64,000 nucleotides of DNA from Carcharhinus longimanus. Taxonomy: Eukaryota. The notes under the pieces were generated by a model that saw nothing but the letters and a program-made list of their open reading frames with translations, did no database searches and was not told the DNA's origin. Within the stretch, counting starts at the first letter, position 1, and the number at the start of each line of letters is the position of its first letter. The stretch is from assembly GCA_030264375.1 (NCBI GenBank), contig JASCQW010000001.1, positions 109,996,445 to 110,060,444 on the forward strand. The letters are read 5' to 3'. The translations under genes were made by a program, and so were the position numbers. Below are positions 1 through 12,194 of this stretch, piece by piece.

Positions 1-517
1 TTTCAACCTGTATATGTTCGCAGTAAGCACCACCCTCATTCAAACTCTCACACCACTTGTATAATGGAGTCATTTGAAAACTAAATGTTCAGACCTTAAC
101 ATTCCCTGCCTCCCAATCCATGAGTCGGGAGGTGCAGATGAGGAATTTAATGGACAAAAATCAAGGGGAGCATAAATTGCATCTGGATTTGAGTTCTTGA
201 GATCTATTCCCATTGTCTGCAACTATGCACAGGAAGTACCAAACAGAATCCCAGTTTGCATTTCCCACCTATAAGAGTAGAGCAGTGAAAGCAAGGGGTA
301 AGTTTGAGTTTAGAATTTGACCATGGAATTGTTGCCCTTGACTGGAATGTGGGGAAATTGGATTGGGGGACCTACAGCCACATATTGGTGAGCGTGTTGT
401 TTCTTTTTAAGATATATTTTTATATTTGTTTCATCTGATGTCTCTTACTCCTTCCAGGGGAAGCCACATTTCAGTCACAAGCACATTTCTATGACTGTCA
501 GGGATATATTTGTTTGT

Positions 518-822
518 ATGGTGGCACAGTGGTTAGCACTGTTGCCTCACAGCGCCAGGGATCAGGGTTTGATTCCCAGCTTGGGTTGCTGTCTGTGCAA
601 ACTCTGCACATTCTCCCCATGTCTGCGTGGGTTTCCTTTGGGTGCTCCGGTCTCCTCCCACTGTCCAAAGATGTGCAGGTTAGAATGATTGGCCATGCTA
701 AATTGCCCCCTAGTGTCCTGGGATGCAGAGATTAGAGGGATTAGTGGGATAAATATGTGGGGTTGTTGTTGCAGACTTGAGGGGCTGAATGGCCTCAATC
801 TGCACCGTATGGTTCTATGATG
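518..822 (+). mobile_element. HE1-type V-SINE
   Basis: tRNA-like head (gtggcacagtggttagcactgttgcctcacagcgccaggg...gggtttgattccc), V-domain (gggtgctccggtctcctcccac), CR1-like tail ending ttctatga. Confidence 0.88.
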
Positions 823-1734
823 AGATGATAGTGCAACGAAAGACCAAATTGATTTCATTTGAATGTGAGGTATTCTTATGCCAGTAACAAGCTTGTACTA
901 ACTTCAAAGAGAAAATCCTGCCAATTATCCTTGAACATTAACTCAATTGAAACTAAAATATTGGAAATGTACCCTTAACACACAAACTTGCAGATCTTTC
1001 TGCTGAAGCCTGAGGTCTGCTGAGGATCATATCTTCAGTTATTATTCAAGGCCAGATATGGTATTGTCTTTTTTCTCCCCTGACTGTTCTTTCTCTCAGT
1101 CTTACACATAGTTCTCATTGTTACTTCTATCCCTTGGCTCATTCTGACATGTGTTTCTTTTCTCTCTTTTGCTTCTTCTGTTACCATTTCAGTTGCCCTT
1201 CTCTTCTACAGAACATATTATCCAATGATCTTGCCCACAATGACACTGGATGTCACCAATCTTTTATACTATCATCTCATTTTATTCTTCGTGCACAGAA
1301 CTATCCTCGTTCCTTCCACACTGCAAACTGGCTTAAATGGAAAGAAATAGTATTCAAATAGACACATATATAAAGTATACAGATATATAAAATATAAACA
1401 CATATGTGTTGGGCCGGGCTTTCCGGTCAATGTTGTTGCTGACCACATTGCGCTGCCCCTGAAATATTGATTATTTAATCGATAAATTCATTAAAAGCAC
1501 AATCAAATCTATCATTAGAATCAATATCACACTGAGAGGCACTATGATAACTCTTAATGAATGTAGCTTGCTCAGTGTTTGAGGTCCGACCTGACCCTTA
1601 TCCGATTTTTCAGCCGTATCTTCCGATCCCAGCTGAAGCATTAAAGGGCCAGTGCAGCCTCTCCAGGAGATTGTTAGGCATAAGAAGAGATGGGAAATGG
1701 GAGGAAATGCCCGTTTTCAGGACGGTAGATGTTG

Positions 1735-2360
1735 AGAACGATTCTCCCCCAAAAATTCTATCGGTCAAATTTGCATAAAAGCTGGAGTAAATCCGGCTGT
1801 TTCTTTTCAGCAGGAGTTTCAAAATGAATCTCCCACGCTCAGTGCACTGCAGATGCCTCAGCATGAATCACACTGAAAATCAGGGGTGTGGCCTATTCCT
1901 GCTGAAGAGACTAGCAGCAGAGTGCTGAGCAGGGCCACTGTGCATGTGGCAATCTGTTAGCGCCAAAATCAGCACATGCGCAATGGCCCTGCCTCCTGAT
2001 CGCTGACCAGCCTTGCGACTCCTCCATCGCTGGCCGTGGGATCTCCTACACCCCTCCCCGCAGTTCCAAAACCCTCCCCGGCAAACCCACCCCTCTTCAG
2101 GGTGCTGACTCCCTGCTACCCCGACAGCCAGGCCCAACCGCTGACCTCCTTCTCTCTGTCACTCAGCCTGAGTGAAACAGGACCTCCCCACCCCCAATGA
2201 TTGCCCCCTCGTGGCCCCAACCCATCAGGCCCCAACCCCTTGGTACTGCCTGATGCCCAGTGGGCAGTGCCAGTGTGCCCACACTGGCATTGCAAAGGTG
2301 CCAATGCCCAGAGGGCACCTCACTGCCCAACACTTGACTCTCTAGAAGGCCTCAGTAGCC
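1735..2360. mobile_element. GC-rich non-autonomous DNA transposon (MITE-like) remnant
   Basis: Begins with a cgattctcc-type terminus. C-rich body resembles the reverse complement of the G-rich element at ~6850-7560. Confidence 0.45.
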
Positions 2361-2465
2361 CCCCCTTCAGTCACTTAAAGTATTTTAGAAGTCCATGGTC
2401 ACACAGCCCAGTTGTAACAACACTGTCAACTGTAATCAGAGGTCATTCACCATTGGAAATATATA

Positions 2466-2554
2466 CAACACAAAAACAGAAAATGCTGGAAAATCTTAGT
2501 AGGTCTGTGGAGGGAGAATAGAGCCAAAGTCTGGATGACCATTTATCAGAACTG
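2466..2554 (-). mobile_element. Penelope-like terminal repeat fragment
   Basis: aaaaacagaaaatgctggaaaatcttagtaggtctg...gagaatagagcc motif, shared with 4026-4143, 18796-18900 and 56985-57053. Confidence 0.5.
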
Positions 2555-2718
2555 AAAAATATATACTTTTTTTGCTTACAAATCAATGTTATAAACATTA
2601 CATTTGGTAGCTTGAGTGTTTCATTGTTGCTTACTTCAGAGCAAAGTCTGGAGTTTTCATTAAAATGCTGGATGCAGGAATGGTATACATGAGCAGTTAT
2701 CATTTTCTCTCTCTGTAG

Positions 2719-3026
2719 GGAGAGCCTATTCGAAGACACTGCAGCAAGCTGCCATCCCATTGCTTCCAAGAAGGCATTGTGAGGAACGCTACAAGCAGAG
2801 GTTCACAGGAAGGATGCTCTGTGCCGGAAACTTACTGGACCACAAAAGAGTAGACAGTTGCCAAGGAGATAGCGGTGGACCACTGATGTGTGAGAGAGCA
2901 GGAGGACACTGGGTCATATTTGGGGTGACCTCCTGGGGACATGGCTGCGGTGTAAAGGGCACCCCAGGTGTCTACACCAAAGTTTCCTCCTTTATGCCTT
3001 GGATCAACCGCGTGACTAAACTGTAG
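2719..3026 (+). CDS. PRSS12: Neurotrypsin (PRSS12), last coding exon: C-terminal part of the trypsin-like protease domain
   Basis: Polypyrimidine tract and AG acceptor (ttttctctctctgtag) at 2718. Translation (G)RAYSKTLQQAAIPLLPRRHCEERYKQRFTGRMLCAGNLLDHKRVDSCQGDSGGPLMCERAGGHWVIFGVTSWGHGCGVKGTPGVYTKVSSFMPWINRVTKL* contains the catalytic GDSGGP motif and closely follows the neurotrypsin C-terminus as I recall it (GRAYSRTLQQAAIPLL...WIKSVTKL). TAG stop at 3024-3026. Upstream exons lie before the window. Confidence 0.95.
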
Positions 3027-3960
3027 GCAGCTGAAGACATGCCAGCAGATTGGTGCTGGCTGCTGAATAAGCACATACTGGAGTCATCCAAATTCAAGTT
3101 GCAACCAGTTTGTTGCAATGCCAAGAGCACTTCCAGAATTCAAGGATAAACGCGGAAGAAGATCAGCCCCAATATGGTGCTCTTATAATTAGAGTACAGC
3201 GACAAATGAATTGCCAATCAAAGGGCTGTTGGGCAGACTCTGCACACCAACTGTTTCAAATATATTACACAATATCAAATGTATAGAATTGTTTGTTTTC
3301 CTCCTCATCTGGTGGACTGTATTTTTCGGAACTGGGAACGCGTTGTGAGAAATAATGGTGCTTATTTATTTCTACTTTTTATTTTGTATTCTTTGCCACT
3401 CAATAGTGCCCCACTGTGGAAAGAAACTGCAGACCATCTGAGGGACTTCACGTTGCGCTCAGTCTAATGTCTGCCCAGGTTAGCTTCAGAAGTACACAGA
3501 GTGACTGGATTCTGTGCAATAAAGAGAAACCTGCCTTGCCTGCATTCACCATTGCACTACGAGGAGCATTAATTAATAAACATGGGACCTTTGGCTTCTG
3601 ACAAGGACCCATTCTTTCAGGTTAGCACATGCATTGGTGAGGTTTATGACAGTGTCATTGCTCCAATTAATGCTGACAGTATTTATATCTGAAATAACTG
3701 AGAAAATTGCACTACCTTCTAACATGGGATTTTATTATTTTGTTCATTTTAACAAAGAGCCCACAAGTCTCAGGAAGGACAAATAGCTGGGAACTAGCAT
3801 GAACCAGAATGTTCAGTCAAATAGTTACCGGCCCTGAGATTTTGTTGATTACTTGAAAAGTTGTATAAACTTGTTTCGGAATTGCTTGGCATTAAAAATA
3901 AGATATTGCTTAGTGGTCAAATGCAAGCTATAAATAAAGATGCTTTGTCCAACTTTAATG
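3027..3960 (+). other. Probable PRSS12 3' UTR with candidate poly(A) signals
   Basis: Repeat-free AT-rich sequence after the stop codon, with AATAAA at ~3518, ~3575 and 3933-3938. The true 3' end cannot be fixed from sequence alone. Confidence 0.5.
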
Positions 3961-4025
3961 GTTTTAACTGTGCAGTGAATTGTGTAAGAAGATGCCTACA
4001 AGTATCAGACACAAATGCCAAGATA

Positions 4026-4143
4026 AATGCTAAAAACTGTGGATGCTGGAATCTGAAACAAAAACAGAGAATGCTGGAGAAACACAGCAGGTCTGACAGC
4101 ATCTGTGGAGAGAGAATAGAGGCAGAGTTTCGAGTATGGATGA
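4026..4143 (-). mobile_element. Penelope-like terminal repeat fragment
   Basis: ggatgctggaatctgaaacaaaaacagagaatgctggagaaacacagcaggtctgacagcatctgtggagagagaatagagg; closely similar to 18796-18900. Confidence 0.55.
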
Positions 4144-4468
4144 GGATTAGGCAGGCGAGGAACGTTGGTTCAATTCAATTCAATAGAAAGTGTCTATTGG
4201 GTTACTCCCAATCTGCACTAAGAGGGTTCAAGAATGGAAAATCCTGCACAACCAGTCTGTACAAATTGGGTAAGGCACCATCATGGTTAATTATGAAGTT
4301 TAAAGATTGCAGGTTCGTATCACAATATGGCTGGTCGTGAAAACAAAGTTGAATAAATGACATTGATTACTGCTGAGTTGCCCCGAAAGTCCAGTTGGTT
4401 TGCTAATGAATGTGTGGGTAGGAGCTGCACAATTGCATCATGACAGCGGCACTGTGGGGTGGTATAGT

Positions 4469-4781
4469 GGGCAGCACTGTGGCACAGTGGTTAGCATTGC
4501 TGCCTCACAGCGCCAGGGACATGGGATTGATTCCCGTCTTGGGTCAGTGTCTGTGCAGAGTTTGCACATTCTACCTGTGTGGGTTTCCACTGAGTGCCAA
4601 GGTTTTCTCCCCCCACTCCAAAGATGTGCGGGTTAGGTTGATTGGCCATGCTAAGTTACCCCTTAGTGTCAGGAGGTAAGTTGGGTTAATAATAGGGTTA
4701 ATGGGATAGGGGCTAGGTGAATTGTGGTTGGTGCAGACTCGATGGGTCGAATGACCTCCTTCTGCACTGGAGGAATTCTAT
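4469..4781 (+). mobile_element. HE1-type V-SINE
   Basis: Full head, V-domain and tail (atgggtcgaatgacctccttctgcactggaggaattctat). Confidence 0.88.
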
Positions 4782-5322
4782 ATTTCTACTGCTTCTCCAG
4801 GATCTGCAGGACAGATTGCAAAGTATTCCCAGCATAGAAATTGCCCACTCAATTTCCTCACTTACCTCCCTTACTCACCCAACCCCATCACTAAAATCTT
4901 CTATCCACATTTAGCTTCCCCTTAAATGAATCTATGCTGTTCACTTCAACCACTTCTTTGTTTAATAACATTTACCATTTAATGATAGTCAATAAATACG
5001 CTGTAGCAACCACTTAATAATCTGGCAAGCTCCGAGTCTGCTCCACTCTTTGGGATCTAATTTCACGGTTGGAACCTCATTTACAAAGGTAGGGAAAGAC
5101 ATTCAGCATTTGTTACAGTAATTGGATTGTAAAGAGACAAGCAGAGACTGCTGAAGATCCGCAATTCCGTCTAGTGAAATCACTGCTTGATAAGGTTTCA
5201 CTTGATCAGGAGGACGGAGGCTTTGGCCAATCCTATTTCATTTGGAGCTGTGTTGCTCACAGTGCTACTTGTGAAGAGTGTAGGCTCAAACATGCAATTG
5301 CGATTTGTTGAACAACATTCTC

Positions 5323-5620
5323 CATGGTGGCACAATGGTTAGCGTTGCTGCCTCACAGAATCCAGGTTCGATTCCTGGCTTGGGTCACTGTCTGTGTGGA
5401 GTTTGCATGTTCTCCCCGTGTTTGTGTGGGTTTCCTCCGAGTGTTCTGGTTTCCTCTCAGTCTGAAAAATGAGTAGTTAGGTGCATTGGCTAGGCTAAAT
5501 TCTCCCTCAGTGTACCCGAACAGACGCCAGAGTGTGGCGACTAGGGGATTTTCACAGTAACTTCCTTGTTGTGTTGATGTAAGCCTACTTGTGACACCAA
5601 TAAATAAAAACTCTAAACTA
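5323..5620 (+). mobile_element. V-SINE with HE1 head but alternative 3' tail
   Basis: HE1 head and body followed by aaattctccctcagtgtacccgaacag...ttttcacagtaacttc...gtaagcctacttgtgacaccaataaataaa. The same tail occurs at 39919-40226. Confidence 0.85.
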
Positions 5621-5672
5621 AAGGGAGGAGGTAGGTAGACTGGTATTGGTGTCCAGACAACTTCAAACTGAC

Positions 5673-6843
5673 ACGAGAGGCAAGAAACTGGTTGCAAATC
5701 CGTTTTTTGTTTCTCGCCCCATCTTACAGGCTTGCAGCACCGATCGACTGGCACGGAGAGCTGGTAAGATCATCTCCACTTATGTCCACTGTCTCATAAG
5801 GTCACACTTCACCTGTCCAGATTCAGTGAAGAAACACACTGGGTGCAGAGTCAAAGCTAAGGGACGCACATGGGTTTACTGTTAAGTTTAGTCAGCTAAA
5901 TCAGGCAACGTACTCCCACAAAGTATACTAGTCAACTTCCTGCTTCTTGTCCACCCAGGACCACCCTGCCCATCAAAGCAGGCCACTCTTGTAATGGAAT
6001 TCCAAACAAGCCCATTCTCTGTGGCACACAGTGCGATTCAGTCAGGTCCACAGTATTCAATTCAGAGAGCTATAGTAAGGTTACTGCACAGAAAGAGACC
6101 ATTCAGCCCATCATGTCTGCGTAGGCCAATAAAGACAAAATAAGAAACTTCCAGTCCCACTTTCCAGTACCTGGTCCGGAGCCTTGCAGGTTGCAGAGCT
6201 TCAGCTGCAGATCCGGGTATCCTTGAAATGAGTTGATGTTCAGCCTCAACCACCAACTTAGGCAGTGAATTTCAGACACCCTTCACCTGCTCGATTAAAA
6301 AAAAAGATTTTCTTTCCGCCCCTTTCATCCTTCTACCAATCACCTTAAACCAATGCCTCTTGTAATTGAAACAGGATTTTCCAGTCTATCCTATCAAGGC
6401 ACCTCATAACTTTGTACACCTTAATTAGGTCATCCCCTCAGCCTCCTGTTGTAAGGAAAAGAACCCTACCCTATCAGATCTCTCCTCATAACTGCAGAGT
6501 TATTGCTATTATTGCATTCTTCTCATTTGAAGTCACATAAGCATTTCATTGGCCACCTGCTTTGATGGGCAGGGTGGTCCTGGGTGGACAAGAAGCAGGA
6601 AGTTGACTAGTACCTTGTGGGAGTTAGGTGCCTGATTTAGATGACTAAACTGTCACAGTAAACCCATGTGAATACCTTAGCCTTGGTGCCCAGTGCCTTT
6701 CTTCACTGAATGTGGACAGGTGAAGTGTGACTTTTTGAGAGAGTGGGGGGGGTGATCTTACCAGCTCTCCTTGTCAGTCGATCAGCGCAGCGAGCCAGCA
6801 AGAGGCAAAAAATCAGGTTCATGGCCAGTTTCTCACCTCTCAT
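5673..6843. repeat. Long inverted repeat (~300 bp arms, ~5673-5982 and 6556-~6843)
   Basis: 5926-5982 is the exact reverse complement of 6556-6612 (57 bp). Similarity continues outward with mismatches and indels. Confidence 0.85.
6063..6495 (-). mobile_element. CR1-type LINE 3' end
   Basis: Reverse-strand CR1 3' UTR and ORF2 tail motifs (gaccattcagcccatcatgtctg; ccttctaccaatcaccttaaac; cataactttgtacaccttaattagg). Confidence 0.75.
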
Positions 6844-7679
6844 GATGATACTAGCCCCATTCTGCCCCTGGAAGGCGTGAGGCTGATTTAAATATTTATT
6901 AGCTTATCACTAATCATACGAGTGAGTCTCAGACTTAATTATCTGGGCTCACTTGCCTTAACAACCTTGCCAGTGGAGGTCCTCACCCATGGGGACCACT
7001 TATGGTCTCCACCAGTCTGGCACTGCCCACAGGATATTGAACAGTGCCAAGGGGGCAAAGCCTAAGGGGAGGGATGGGTCCTGGAAGGATGGTGCTATGA
7101 TGGGGAGGCAGGGGTGGGGCATGCTCTGCATTGGGGATCAACTGGGACAGCGATTGGCCAGAGGAGTTTGGGGCTAGCGATAGACGACTGGGCGCGCAAG
7201 TGGTCAGGGATCAGGGCCAGCAAGTGGCTGGGGAGGGAATTGGGGCCAGTGATCAGCCAGGATTGGGGTTCACGGGGTGCCGGGACTGGGGGGTATTGGG
7301 GGGGCAGAGATCGGCTGGGCAAGATTGGTGGTGGACCGCATTCAGCAGGATGGGGCGTGCTGTCCGAGAGGAGGGGGGTGGGTTTGGAGGTGTTGGGGGG
7401 ACTGATTGATCTCCCAGTGCGCAGTGCACACTTGTACACAGTGCACTGGGAGTTTGGGCAATGGCATCCCTACAGCGCAGCTGGTTTCATGATGTGAATA
7501 GGCTCCACCCACTCCCCTGAGAATTACATTTTACTCCTTTGTTTTAGTGAAGTCTAAGGATAGCGGCTGGGAGCTTGCCCAAACAATGGGCACGATTCTC
7601 TTTGATTTTCACGCTCATTCAGCACTTAAATTTTTTTTTGGTAGAATCATCCCCAATAAATTTATCTGGGTGAATTCAT

Positions 7680-7970
7680 CTGGATCAGATGAGGAGGGGG
7701 GTCAAAGATTTCCTCTGTTCATTTGAATGCAACTCAGAGGGTGCTCTTCACTCATATTCACCATGAGGGCGGTGAATATTTGGAAATTTCCACCCAAGGC
7801 TTAGTCATTGAGTATGTTCAAGACTAAGATCAGTAGATTTCTGCATATTAAAAGTATAAAGGATACACGGATAGTGCAGGAAAACTGTGCTGAATTAGAG
7901 GATCGGTGCAGGTTTTATTGAATATGAAATGGGCTCAAAGGGCTAAATGGCCTACTCCTATTTCTTATTT
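7680..7970 (+). mobile_element. CR1/HER1 LINE 3' end, degenerate
   Basis: gagggcggtgaatatttggaa...attgagtatgttcaagactaagatcagtagattt...gggctaaatggcctactcctatttcttat. Confidence 0.7.
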
Positions 7971-8057
7971 CTAAGCCTATCCGCACAGCAGCCTATTCCA
8001 CTACTTCTCTCATCTCCGAGTCAACCTCTTAGCCTGTCGTCACCTTGCTATGCAGTT

Positions 8058-8127
8058 TCCTTCAATTTGGTCCCACCTTCTATTATGGAAGAAGTGGACT
8101 AATAGAAGGTGGGACCAAATTGAAGGA
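8058..8127. repeat. Perfect 28-bp hairpin with 14-nt loop
   Basis: tccttcaatttggtcccaccttctatta (8058-8085) is the reverse complement of taatagaaggtgggaccaaattgaagga (8100-8127). Confidence 0.95.
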
Positions 8128-8927
8128 CCACTGTGGGGAAAATCAGTTTTGGATGTCCTTCTACCCCCTTACTCTTAAACATTTCAATTGACCCAGTATT
8201 TGCAATCTTTTCTGGAAGAGAGTTTATGCCAGTGACATTTGTTTGTTAACTTCAGTGTGACACAACCTCCTTTGAAACTTTCTCCCTGGTTCTTGAATTG
8301 GAAGTATGATGGACTCGGAATTAACTTTGGAAATAATTTTGGCAGCATGCATGACCATAACAGGTCAACTGCTTCTTCTGTAAATGTGGTTTTATTTGCT
8401 ATTTTGGGGCATTTGATCATGCTGTTTAACTCAACTTTCCTTGGTATTTTAGTGGCATCAGCACAGTTCTCACTGGGCCTGATAATGGAGCATGATCAGT
8501 TTGAAGTTAACCACCAGAAGCCTGGATAAAATAGCAGCAGGGATGATAGCTTCCTTGCCACGTCCACAAACACCTTTGCAAATCTTTGCAAATGGGAGAT
8601 GGGCTATTGTGCTGGTTTAGTCATTATTACTCTGTTGTGAGTGCATCATAGTGATATAGAATCACTCCAACTGCACACTGAGTCACAAGAGCTTTGTTCA
8701 AATAGTCATAGACAATAAGAACCAGCCTGCTTATTGGGTTACTCTTTGCCACTTCTATTCCCTTTACTTTTCTGAACCCCAAAAACTCCATTTCTAAATA
8801 GTTGGTTTTGTCCCAGGAACCAAACCGAAAGGTGAGAAACTTGGAAAAGGAAATCAAATTGGAAAAGAATAAAGCAATGCCTACTGTTCAGTTGACACTT
8901 AATGATGCTATTCATCAATTATAATTG

Positions 8928-9018
8928 AATGGTAACTCTTACCATTGAGTGAGAAGGTTGGCGAGGCTCAAGACCCACTCCTGAAACTCGAGCATAACAT
9001 GTAGATTGCCTCTCCAGT
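8928..9018 (+). mobile_element. Old tRNA-derived SINE head (SacSINE1/DeuSINE-like)
   Basis: actcttaccattgagtgagaaggttggcgaggctcaagacccactcctgaaactcgagc resembles the recalled shark DeuSINE 5' region. Confidence 0.45.
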
Positions 9019-9021
9019 CTG

Positions 9022-9274
9022 CCATGTCTGTGTGGACTCTGCACTTTCTCCCTGTATCTGCGCGGATTTTCTCCAGGTGCTCCAGTTTCCTCCCACAGTC
9101 CAAAGATGTGCGGGTTAGGTGGATTGGCCATGTTAAATTGCCCCTTAGTGTCAGGCAGTTCAGCAGGGTCAATACATGGGGTTACGGGGAAAGGGCCTGG
9201 GTGAGATTATAGTCATTGCATACTTGATGGCTGAATGGCCTCATTCGGCACTGTAGGGATTCTATGATTCTATG
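9022..9274 (+). mobile_element. HE1-type V-SINE, 5'-truncated
   Basis: V-domain and tail ending gggattctatgattctatg. Confidence 0.88.
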
Positions 9275-10142
9275 CTGTTTAAATGTGGTGTGCCTGACCA
9301 CAGTTGGCTTATTGGTTTACATGGGCTATGTAATTATCGAGAACATTAGAGTATAAGATAGATTTTGTAAATTGTGTTATCCTTAAAAATCTTTGACTAC
9401 ATGTAAAGGTATAGCTCGGGTGAAGGAGTACTTAATCTTTTCTTGTTTCATAAATATTTCATGCTTTTGTTAAAAGTTGATTGGCAGTCCTATGACTCTT
9501 CATCCTAATATCCAAACAAAACATAAATATTAGAATCTATCAAACCAGCTTCCCTCTGATTTGCCCAGTCGTAATATCAGTTGGGACCATAATACAACGA
9601 ACTCTCCCATGCGACATAGCACACATGTTAGATAAAAAGTGAATCTCCCTCTACATCACGGGTTCCCAAACTAACTGCTAACCCCCAGTGGGGCAATGGA
9701 AAATGCAATTGGGGTAACATGCTGTAAGGTTGTGAGATGCAGAGCAGACACTCGGAATTTGACAGTACTGAGATTGCAATGAAGCCCCTTCAGACATGTG
9801 ATTTTTTTGTTACTTGTGGGCATGTCATATCCAATGAGCTCTGAGGCCCATTTTGCTGATATTAACAGAGCTTCAACATGGTCTTAATTGTTCTTTATGC
9901 CAGTGTTCCTGCTGTTTAAACCCCACCTAACAACAAACAACTCTCCGGGGCTACGAACTTTCACTCTTGGGGTCACACAAAGCATGAAACATTAAAAGGG
10001 GATCACAGCCGAAAAAGGTACAGAGAAATGTTTCTTCCACATTGTCCCAATAAATACTCCCAGGGAAGGTACAGCACTGGATTAAATACAGAGTGAATCT
10101 TCTTCTCCCTGATATGCTGCAGGAAAGGATGTCCCGAGGCAA

Positions 10143-10437
10143 AAAATGCGGGGAATTATAGGCCGGTTAGTTTAACGTCTGTTGTAGGTAAAATGTTAGA
10201 ATCCGTCATCAAGGAGGAAATAGCNNNNNNNNNNNNNNNNNNNNNNNNNNNNNNNNNNNNNNNNNNNNNNNNNNNNNNNNNNNNNNNNNNNNNNNNNNNN
10301 NNNNNNNNNNNNNNNNNNNNNNNNCACGGATAGTGCAGGAAAACTGTGTTGAATTAGAAGAGCAACTATGATGTCATTGAATGAAGAAATGGGCATGAGG
10401 GGCTGAATGGCCTACTCCTCTCCAACTTCTTATGGTT
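10143..10437 (+). mobile_element. CR1/HER1 LINE spanning a gap (RT fragment plus 3' tail)
   Basis: 10143-10224 encodes GNYRPVSLTSVVGKMLESVIKEEI (CR1 RT motif). After the Ns comes the 3' tail ggggctgaatggcctactcctctccaacttcttatggttct. Confidence 0.8.
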
Positions 10438-11316
10438 CTCAACAATGTTTTTTGTTTTGTCCTGATATCTCATGGATGCAGGTGTCTTATTGTTCTTCAG
10501 ACTCCTATCTGGACCTGCGACATTGGGGTGGGGTGGTTAGAAGCATGCAGGATACTGGATAATTCGATATTTAATTCCACAGTATACCCATCATCACTAA
10601 CAAGGTCCTCTGTCCAAACAGCAAGCCTGATTGACAACCTAGGGCACGCAACCTACCTAGTCCTGCAACCTTCTCCACACTTGGTCAGAAAGCAGTGTGG
10701 AGGAGTCTGCAGGACCAGGTAGACTCGCGTGCCTTGACCTAAGTGGGGTGAGGTCAGATTTGATTTGGGATGGGATAAAACCAATTGCTGGACTGCTGGT
10801 GTGATTGTCAGAGGCCTCCAGGCTTTGGGGTGGATTTCAGAGGCCTTGGGTTGGGGGTGGGGTGGAGCGCAGCAGGGCAATCTGATACCAGGAATGGTGG
10901 ATGATCAGATGTCTTGGGGTGGGGGTGGGGAGAGATCAGAGATATGGCATGCTGGGAGCTNNNNNNNNNNGGGAGCTCAGGGAGGTTAGGATAGTCAGAT
11001 GTGAGGTGTTGAGTCATGAATATTTGAGCAAGCAAGCATTCTAGGTCCAGCAGAATGCTGGATATGCACTCAACCTCCGAATGCAGCAGTCCCTCACCTC
11101 AGCTTAGCTGAATGATTGGGAATCTCAACTAGCTCAATTGCACATACAACTGAGACAGATACCCTCATTACTTGAAGTGCGAGCCCATGTTAAAATTCAC
11201 AGTGGATGGGTTGAGAATTGGTGTAGCTCAGAGATTTTGCCCCAGCTGAGCTAAAGCCACTGATTTCTGAGTTGAAAATTCCACCCCCACAGCACCTATG
11301 CAGCCCAGTGCTTAAG

Positions 11317-11481
11317 CTTACATTAGCCGGCATTTTCCACCCTCATCCCACCATGTGCTTTGTGACAGTGGAGGTGGCCTGCCATTAACTGGAGGCACCA
11401 TCTTCTGGCTCACTGATGTCAATGGGGTTCTCAATTGTTCAGAGAACTCATCACTGGAAAGAGCAGCTGGAAAATCCTGCC
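11317..11481. mobile_element. Short MITE
   Basis: Terminal inverted repeats gccggcattttcca ... tggaaaatcctgcc. Related copies at ~11497-11660, 12897-13100, 14641-14808 and 59966-60100. Confidence 0.6.
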
Positions 11482-12194
11482 TGTTAAATTCAATATGAGC
11501 GTGATTTTCTATATCCCCCCCCGCCACCTACTCCCCCAACTCACAGCATGTTTTGCAATGGATGAGGTGGCCCGTTATTGGCAAGTGGTAATATTTTCCA
11601 GTCCCACTGCTGTCAACGGGTTTTCCCTCTCATGGTGGAAGGGTTACCGTCGGCTAGATGGCACCGACTGGAGCACTATTTTTAATGAAAGGCCAGAAGT
11701 TGCTTAAGGTTAGAAGAGAAATTTATCTTTAAAATTGAGGAATGGGGACAGCTCACAGGAATAAAGCAGAGCGATTTATATTCGGAGGGCAATGTGGGCA
11801 GTCTGTTTGGTGCACTAGTTAAACATTTAAGACTGATATACTTAATCTTTCCAGCACTATGTTGTCAAAGTATTGGATAGTTACAGCAAATCAATGTTGT
11901 TACATACACACAATGACTTTCACATTCACAGACTAATATATATCCCTTGAATAATTTCAATAGTTATTAATCAGCAACCCGTGTGCATCCTTATAATTAA
12001 TGGATGGTCATTATACAAATTAGAAATAGGAGATGAAGCAGCAGCTCGGATAGATGCTGAAAGTTAACATGAGAATCAAGCACAAGCACAAATCAAGTGT
12101 ATTTACAATCAAACAAGCTAAATGGATCCTAAATTTTGATTATCCATCGGCCAATATTTTGTATTCTCGAGCAAAGCTGGCTGTTTTTGGTGCA

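Noticed and set aside
518-590. tRNA genes at SINE heads
   Set aside because: The A/B-box-like sequences are the tRNA-derived heads of V-SINEs and continue into SINE bodies.
491-858. Recurrent ORFs such as MAQWLALLPHSARD... (also at 4440, 46949, 49670, 55353)
   Set aside because: They are translations of HE1 SINE copies, not a gene family.
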